NCBI GenBank assembly: GCA_002633005.1
Contig: NMRA01000088.1
Location: 244,186 to 308,185 of the forward strand
Direction: 5' to 3'
Origin: Phoronis australis
Taxonomy: Eukaryota > Animalia > Phoronida
DNA: 64,000 nt
Shown here: positions 56,083-64,000 of the stretch, piece by piece
Numbering within the stretch: position 1 is the first letter of the stretch
Layout of the letters: each line of letters starts with the position of its first letter
Made by a program: the position numbers and the translations under genes
The notes under the pieces: generated by a model
Told to the model about the DNA's origin: nothing
Database searches by the model: none
What the model saw: the letters and a program-made list of their open reading frames with translations, nothing else

Positions 56083-58380
56083 CGATGGACTAGTTGTGAC
56101 ACGTGATGGATGAATGTGTCTGTATTGAATGCTGTCGCCACCTATTGTGTATATTGTACTCTAAGAAAAACTGCTGAGAGCAAGAGGGGACAGCCTAGTG
56201 TTACACAGCAGTGAACGCTGAAGAGGATTAGTGGCTGACATTGGCAGTGTGCAAGTTGCAGGTTGTTCCGTGAGCGACGTCAGTCTCTTTTTTTTCAATA
56301 ATTGCAAAAAAGTTCACGCAAGGGCATTTGATTTATGGGTTGGGATTTTGCACTTTGATTTATTTTGGGTGATGTCTTGGGTCGGTGTCAGATGTCATTC
56401 ATTGACATTTGTGATTTGCTGTTCAGTCGGCAGTTTTCAGCGGTGGTTCTTAATAATTTTACTCATTCACTGTTACTGCAGACGTTGGATAAAATGTTTA
56501 AACTTTTTATTCATTTTGAATTCATTAAGAATGGCGCGGTTGGTGAAGTTAAGGGCAAGTTTCGGAAATGATTCGCCTTCGATACTTCATTTGGTGCGAG
56601 GTTTTTATGTTGGGTTTATTTAACCAACTGGGATAGTCGTGGACGTTTCACGACATTTCTGCTTCTCAACTGTTTTCTGCTTTGCAATGGAATGTAGGGA
56701 GGAATTCAAGTATTTTATATTAGTCCCGGGCGTGTGCATAATCCTGCTTCCTATACGTAGTTGAGATGCCGTTGTTAACTGCTCTTTGTATATGAGGCGA
56801 TAACAGATCTAGTGTAGGGCTTTAGTCTGGAGCAGTATCAGGAATCTAGCTCTCCCGTGTTTTCTCGACAGTCAGTAGTGTAGAAAATCCAAAATAACTT
56901 TATTTCAAGCCCCATGCAGCGCCACCTGTTGGTTGATGTTATGGAGTGTAACCTTTAATTTTTGTTCTCTAATATTTCTAGATAGTAGTCCTACTTACAC
57001 CAGGGATCAAATGAAGTGGGAAGCTCAACTGTTGCTAACTGACTTTTTTGAGTTTGATTTTTGCATTTTGTACTTGTCTTAATTAGCGCTGGTTGGGTCT
57101 GTGATTATACACTGGTCTCCCTTCATTATTTGGCTCTCAGTACGGTTGCATACATCGCCCGTGTGTATGAACTAGTTAACCCCATCGCTTTATAACTGTT
57201 TGGAGAGAAAACTAAATTAATGAAGTTGCAATAGGAGTGCGTGCCCACAAGCTAATAACTGAGTTGCTAAATGTGAAATAAAATTTTTTTGCTATATGAT
57301 ATGTCATAAAAGTTTCCATGCAATCATTGGTAATATATTTCACCTCCAAACAGTTCACCCAGACGGTGAGCAATTAAAAACGAGTTTCAGAATGGATCAC
57401 TTTCGAAGGCACCGGCCAGCAGTCCAGATGTAGGCATAGCTGCGGTAATTTTTCACATATTTAGGACAAACTGGAAGAGAAGTGAATTTTTTGTTAAAAT
57501 TTTCAGCAATTTTGTTCCATTATTTTGCTGGAGTCACATGTCAACATTTGGTAAAGATTTTGTAGTGTGTTATGTAAACTGGTCTCTTGAAAAATAGAAA
57601 AAATACCAATTTTGATTGTTGTTATTGTACGAAGCAAGTGAAGAATTGTCGAAGGTGTCTTAAATTTCTAGCATACGCGAGTGGAACCGTGCCTGACGGA
57701 GTGCCAACTTGTTTCCATCGTCACCACACTAGCGGTTCGTAGTTTAGTTTAGGCTTCTTGTACAGTTTTGTCATTTCTATTGTACAGTGTTGTGCGACTC
57801 CTGTTCTTGATCCAATGTTTGTAAAGATGCGTGTACAGTAAGTGAGGGGTTTAGAAGCCTTGTGGATAAAGGTCGGTGGCAGAGCTCGTAAATACTCTGG
57901 CCAAGACTCTTAGTTGAATGGTCAAAAACACTATGATTGGTGACCACATGCAGGTGCTGCCACCTCTAGCAGAGTATTTTTGAGCAATGTCACTGGATTG
58001 TTTCTCCATCCTGGCTCATGTTAACTCTGCCTAGTGCTGATTAGAAATCCATGTGAGGTTTGCAGTGTCTCATAAACTTGACTTGTCAGTTTAGAATTGA
58101 ACCTTGTTTAACTGGTGGGAAATCGTTAGTCTTTCGTAATCTTTATTTATACTTATTTCGTGAAATTTCGAATGCAGTTTGTCCTCCAAAGTTTTCATTT
58201 GCTCATTACTGTCATAGAACTTTGTTGCATTAAAGTCTAGGATACAGTCACAAACTACCGTGGACCCTCAAACCTAAGTGGGACCTCTATTCGTAATAAG
58301 GATGATTCATGTATGCTAGCCCTCGGCTTTCCTCCGAATTCGCAAAATGCTGTTACTAAATTATTTAATCTTTTATTTGA

Positions 58381-58440
58381 AATAAAATGCATTGTGTATG
58401 ACTAAATGAGCCTTTTTGTTGTGTTGTGATGTGATGTGGG
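58381..58440 (+). terminator. Candidate poly(A) signal for the exon 7b isoform
   Basis: AATAAA at 58381 followed by GT-rich ttttgttgtgttgtgatgtgatgtg; another AATAAA near 57277. Confidence 0.5.
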
Positions 58441-58699
58441 TGGTGAACACTTTCACAGTGTGAATAGGGCACAGAGATATCCACTTGCAAGTTCCTAGTA
58501 TGTTTCCTGTTTAAAGGTATATTGAGCACAACATGGTGGTTGGGTCAAAGTTAAATAAAATACGAACCAAGTTTATTACGCTAAAATTAATACCCTTGTT
58601 AGCTTCGTTTTGATGTCAGTGTAACATGAAGTGCACAATTGCATTGTATCATAACTCATTTTTATGCGGTCACATATTTATGTGTGGATGCATGTTGTC

Positions 58700-59400
58700 T
58701 TCTGTCTGGCGTCTGCTGCTGTGTCTTCGAAACCGTTGCAGGATCTTATTAAAATTTGGCAGGTGTGATCTTATGAAGCTGACGTCTGTAGACCACAAGT
58801 TTAGTATCGATTCAACGAGCGATGTGGCCCCTAGGAGCAATTTTAGTTTTTTATGGTTGTATCTGTATCTTCGGAGATCATTAATGGATTTTCGTGAAAT
58901 TTGGCAAATTTTTTTTATTATAAAAGATGATGGTGCTATTCCATTTTTCGGACAGGTTTGATGGTTTTACGCTATTTTTGTTATATTAGCGTCCATTTTA
59001 TGGCGTCTGCCTCTCTACCCGGTGAACTGTTCAAGGAATCATTATGAAAATTTACAGATGTGTTTTTGATGAAAAGGCCACGACTGATGTTGACTTTCAA
59101 ACTGTCTGACTACTTAGTCACACACTTGTGGCAATTTTTCTTTTTTTGTGTTTTTGTGTTTGTAGCCAAATCTCCATAACCCTTTGAATGAGCTTTGTGA
59201 AATTTGAAAAATTCTTTCCTGTGGAGCCAACATCAAATAGTTACTAGCGTCAAACTGATCCGAGCACCACTGAGCCGGGTAAGCCCCCTAGTGGTGAGAT
59301 TTTTTTCTTTACGTTTGCGTCTATCTTTAGAGTTCATTATATAAAATTTGGCAAATAGATTTCTGTTAAGGAGATGACAACGGCTTACCATTTCATCCCT
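58700..59400. repeat. Highly degenerate ~148-bp tandem array (about 5 units)
   Basis: aaattt(ggca) core at 58752, 58897, 59048, 59200 and 59344. Confidence 0.55.
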
Positions 59401-62337
59401 TTGCATTGCTCTTGTTTGTGACCTGTCACAAACTTAGTCAAAAAACAATCTTCTTTTTGTCTCGTCAATCTGGGTATCCGCAGGTAATACCGGAAATTTC
59501 TGAAAGTGCCCCTAGTGTGTGCTTGTGTGCGTGCATGTTTGTAATTTGGCAAAAAGGAAGGTTTATAGTGGCTTTAAATGAAATTCATTCAACCACAAAA
59601 CACTGGGTTATACTCCACTATGGTAACTCCACCTAGTGTTTGTGCAGGAAACAAAATATTCAACTTTCCTGTGTTATGGTGCTGCATGCAACCTATCGGC
59701 TAGATTCAGTCCTTGCGCTAACTGAGCTCACTTGTATGTATTTGTGATACTGTTTAAAAGTTTGGCCATTTATTGAAGGCGACAGTTAATGGGTGTCTGT
59801 AACTACTGGACATTTAATATACAGATTTGAAAATTGTATCATATGTAAGGATGCTTTAAGGATGTGAAATGTCTTAAAGCTACTGTCTTAATAGTACAGT
59901 CATGGGATTGGGACACTCATTATGTAGGGTGAAAGGTAATGGTTCCACAATGTTTGTAAAAAGGACATTTTCTTTGTAAAAGTATCAATCCGTACTGTAC
60001 CAGGCATTGTTCTCTTTCAGAATGTCCCACATGAAAATCGTTTTTTCAGTTATGGAAATTAAAGAATTTTTTTTTTGACTTTTTGTTTTAAACTACTTGC
60101 AATTGTGAGACTGGCCTTGACTTGTTCCTTAGTCAAATTAGGTTTGAATTCTTAGGAAACTCCAGTCTCCACAAGTTGACTTGTTTGGCTGTGGCACTTC
60201 ATGTACGCGACATAGTGTTGAGCGAAAATGAACTACCACCATTATGTTTTTAAACCCAGAAACTAATTTTCATCTGAAAAGGGAAAAATTGATACCAGTT
60301 TAATTTTTTTTTTGGTTTATTGCAGGTTATTTAATTATTTAATTATTGATAGTTGTTTCAAAAATAAAATTTCACCCACTGACTGTTAAAGCTAGTGTAC
60401 TGAAAACAGAGGTGGTTGCTGGCTCGGTTCAAACAGCAAAAGTTGTTCAGACGAATATACAGCATTGCGTGTTAAAAAGTTCGGCGAAACTTCAGGCAGA
60501 CTGTGCCTGTGGCAATGTGGTTGAGATAGGCGATATGTTTTTTATCCAAGACAGGCTGTCAGCCATTTTGGACTAGTTACTTAAGCTTTTGTGAACAATT
60601 TGTGCAATGTGAGAGCAGACATGGTTATAAACAATTAGATAACTTTAGTTAAGTTTTGCCTTAGGTAGTTGTGGTCTAATGCCTTCTTGTCTGGGTAGTA
60701 ATTGAATTTTTTATGGTCGCTTTTTTAAAAGGGACTATAAAATACAAATGAGACATTTTTTGGTTTGAATTGATCAGTTTGTTTCAAAATTTATAATATT
60801 CATGCACTGTCTTTTTGAAATTTTCATTTGAAATACATCTTTTATATGTCCAAGCAAGTCTGTGCTTACAAACCATGATTTTCAATTTTCATGGATTTAT
60901 TCAAAAAGATTTTAAATTGTTTCTTGATGTTCCTACAATTTCAAAATAAGTTTTTGCAAGGAAATTTGTCAGCTTACATTGCACATTTATTCGACTTTAA
61001 TCGACAGTGAACAGATTTTATTTCGACTAAAAATATCTGAATATGCCATGACCTTTTTTTTAACTAAATTTTTAGCAAAATGCAGATTTTTAAAAAATGT
61101 TGAAAAAGCTACAACTAGCATGGAGTTACATAGCTTTAGTAGTGGTTAAAAAAATATTTTCAGTGTTAAAATTCTTGTGAGAACTTTAAAGCATTACAAA
61201 AGCTCCTATGCAGGAGGGTATTTCTGAAACCAGTCAATGAACTTGACCTCCACAGCCTGGTTACTTAGTAGGTTTAGCATAACAATTGCATTTTTTTACA
61301 ACTGAATCGCGATGTACCAAAGAAGCGTACTGTGATCTATGTTTACCTTTCATTACTTTTATTGATTTGTCTCCAGTGAGAGTATTTTTTCCAATGACGG
61401 AGCAAATTATGCAGTGTAAGACACCTAGTACATAGTACAAACTGTAATCTTTAATTAGCCATTTCCTTGTTATGAGCATGTGTAGCTTGAGTAAGGAATT
61501 TGTCAGCTGAAATGGATCAGTGGTTTGCACAGTGTGTATGTGGCGAATTTCCTGTGAATGCGTCATTCTACTTATGTTCGTCTAGTCAACTAAGCCGCTT
61601 CAGATTGGCTAATTTTTTACGTCTGTCAGTAGTTTTTCAAGTAGGGCGCATAAAGAAATCTTATAATGACAACGATGTGCCATTGCCTGGGTTAACAAAT
61701 AGCAGTTAGTTGTACACTAAATTATTTCTTCCTCGTTTATTTGAAACAAATGGCATTTGTTGTGGCATAAAATGTGTGCACCTTTCTTAACTCGACCTGC
61801 ACATTTTTGTTTGTATAATTGACGTGAAGAGTGACACACTGTACATATGTGGAAAGTGCCCTGTGATTATTCAAAACTTTAAAAGCCCCACGCAGCACCT
61901 TCTTGAAAAACATAGTTTTGGTTCATGTTTTGCTGTGGAAGCTGTTGCTTTTTTATTAACATGGTGAGTTAACACTCTTGCAGATGATGAAACCAATGGA
62001 CAGACTGTTGTTCAGTGATTTGATGCCAAGTTCATTTGTCATCCTGTTTGAAGGTCTTTGTAAGTTTGACTTGGCCTATTTGTGACTGCATGAGTTATCT
62101 CCCTTTTCGCTGTAGTGCTGAACACCATTGGGATACCTGGATAGGGTTCCGTAACGCTAGGACCTCGCTAAAATGCAAAACTGCGAGATTACGCGAGATA
62201 TTGGCATGTATTTTAAATGAGAAGATGTGATTTGGGGTAAATTTTTCTAGCCGCGAGAAAGCTACTGAACTCTACCTGATGTTTTCAGCACCTCAATCGA
62301 GACGGGTGCAGGTAATCACTGAATGGCAGCTCCCTTT

Positions 62338-62394
62338 GAACGAGGCATAGAAAGGTATATAGAAATGAACGAGGCATAGAAAGGTCTATAGAAA
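62338..62394. repeat. 29-bp tandem duplication
   Basis: gaacgaggcatagaaaggt(a/c)tatagaaa x2. Confidence 0.85.
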
Positions 62395-64000
62395 CGACTG
62401 GTTTGAAACAACACAAGTTTATTTAACATAAAAAAGTAAGCAAAAGATTCACAAGACTTAAAATTGCACAAGGTCAAAGTGATTGGAAGACATTGTTTAA
62501 TTTTAATTTGTTACCTAAAAGCAACCAATCGAAATGACTGTTAAGAAATTGAAGACATGGTTCATGACTAAAATTTGGTTCTTAAAAGTAACAAATCAAC
62601 ACCATTATGGCAACACATTATTTTAATATATTATGTTAATATATGGAAGTAATGATATATATTAACATAATATATTTATATTTTAAGGTTCTGCAAAACA
62701 GTAATAACCCTTAAGACGGCAGATAGAATATGTCTACTCTTTATAAACACTCATTTTCAGCAGCATTTCTCATCTGCCTAAAATTCGGTATGGTGAAAGG
62801 TACAAAAAAATCAAAAATTCCTTTGCATAAAAACAAAACGTACCTCAATAACAAATTTAAAAAAACGTAAATTTCCAAAGTTTAACAACTATTAAAATTC
62901 AATAAAACAATTGCTCATCACCTAACAGCACAGAATAATCAAAGAATATTAATTTAAGCAACAATCCGTATTTTACAAAAAATACATCAACTATAATTAT
63001 AATTATTTAATAAATAAGTTACAACAAATCGAAGAATGCGTCTCAAATGATTGGATTTCTCAGGATTAAAGCTCACATCATTCCGTGTGCGTTATGCCAG
63101 ACAATCATCACTTCAGAATATCATGTCAGTTTTTGGCCATAGTAGGATCAAAAAACGGACAATAGTCTTATTGTTAATAACCTGATGATGTCTAATAAAT
63201 AGACGAAACGTCGAATCAATATGAACTTTTTCATTTGTGTGGCGATTGTCCGTTTTTTTGATACCCCAGAATATGTTTTCAAGACATAAACATCCAATAT
63301 CAAAGAGCATTTCCGTCTGTGATTCTTGATCGGCAGTAAAAGACAAATCAAACCATGAAAAAATGCATGTTTCATGTACATCATCTGGGCGATGTCTTTT
63401 TATCTGGTGTGTAGGTGGCAGCACAAGTCTCCAGATCAATACAGTTATGTAAATTTAACATTCTGTCACTTATCACTTGGCGACGATAAAACTGTTGTCA
63501 TGAGTTGATTAAATAAAATAGCAAGCAACCCAAACAATTAGCAATGCAAATAGGAATTGTAAATTGTAACTTTTATAATAAAGAAAACAATTTTATTTCT
63601 CGTAGCATTACTGAGCAACATGCACTACATAGTGCAATTACCTGCCATGTTAAACATGACGGCAAATTGGTTTGCAACAAAAACTAGTAGAGCTTGAAAT
63701 ATTCTGTTACTTCCTAGCTGTACGAATCAAAAATTAGACTTATGTCATGAAAAAATATTGCTGTTTCAAGGGCCTCCTACAGAACACTTCTAAAACTAAA
63801 AGTTCATCGACTCATTTACTAGATAAGCCAACACTACACTGTATTATCTTAATACTCGTATCACACACAAAATTCTATACAAAACATACTTCATTTCCCA
63901 CACTTTGGCCACTAGAGTAAGCAGTCAATGACCTGTCTCACCTAGCACGTACATTGTCATAGTGATTTTCTGTTTCAGCGACAGGTATGTAATTTCCTTG

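Noticed and set aside
52273-56085. Stop-codon readthrough at the two MAPRE TGA stops
   Set aside because: Contexts are TGA-ACA and TGA-CGA, not TGA-CTAG, and EB function needs a free C-terminal Tyr
61984-62059. 76-nt AG/GT-bounded open segment
   Set aside because: Weak acceptor and no homology; such pairs are expected by chance in T-rich DNA

Overview
Intron-rich, AT-rich genomic DNA from an animal, most likely a marine invertebrate; the species cannot be determined. The ORF track is mostly noise because the real genes are split into short exons. Two genes lie head-to-head. (1) On the minus strand is an AMP-activated protein kinase catalytic alpha subunit (PRKAA/AMPKa): ATG at 29067, 11 GT-AG coding exons down to 1036, with the C-terminal exons beyond the left edge. 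(2) On the plus strand is an EB1/MAPRE microtubule end-binding protein: ATG at 40915, six shared coding exons and TWO duplicated 60-nt terminal exons (52216-52275, EGFEATQGVDEDGQEADEY*; 56023-56082, EGFAPPDDAAELEEEVEEY*), each followed by its own candidate 3'UTR and poly(A) signal. This apparent alternative-last-exon switch of the EB tail is the most interesting signal. Introns and the intergenic region carry many non-autonomous DNA transposons (CAGGG-ended hAT-like elements with 5- and 6-bp TSDs, TTAA-flanked, TA-flanked, a 1.55-kb long-TIR element), minisatellites, a degenerate ~148-bp satellite, and a 402-bp duplication at an N that looks like two haplotypes differing by a TE insertion. Exon boundaries were read by hand from phase and homology; no transcript evidence was available.
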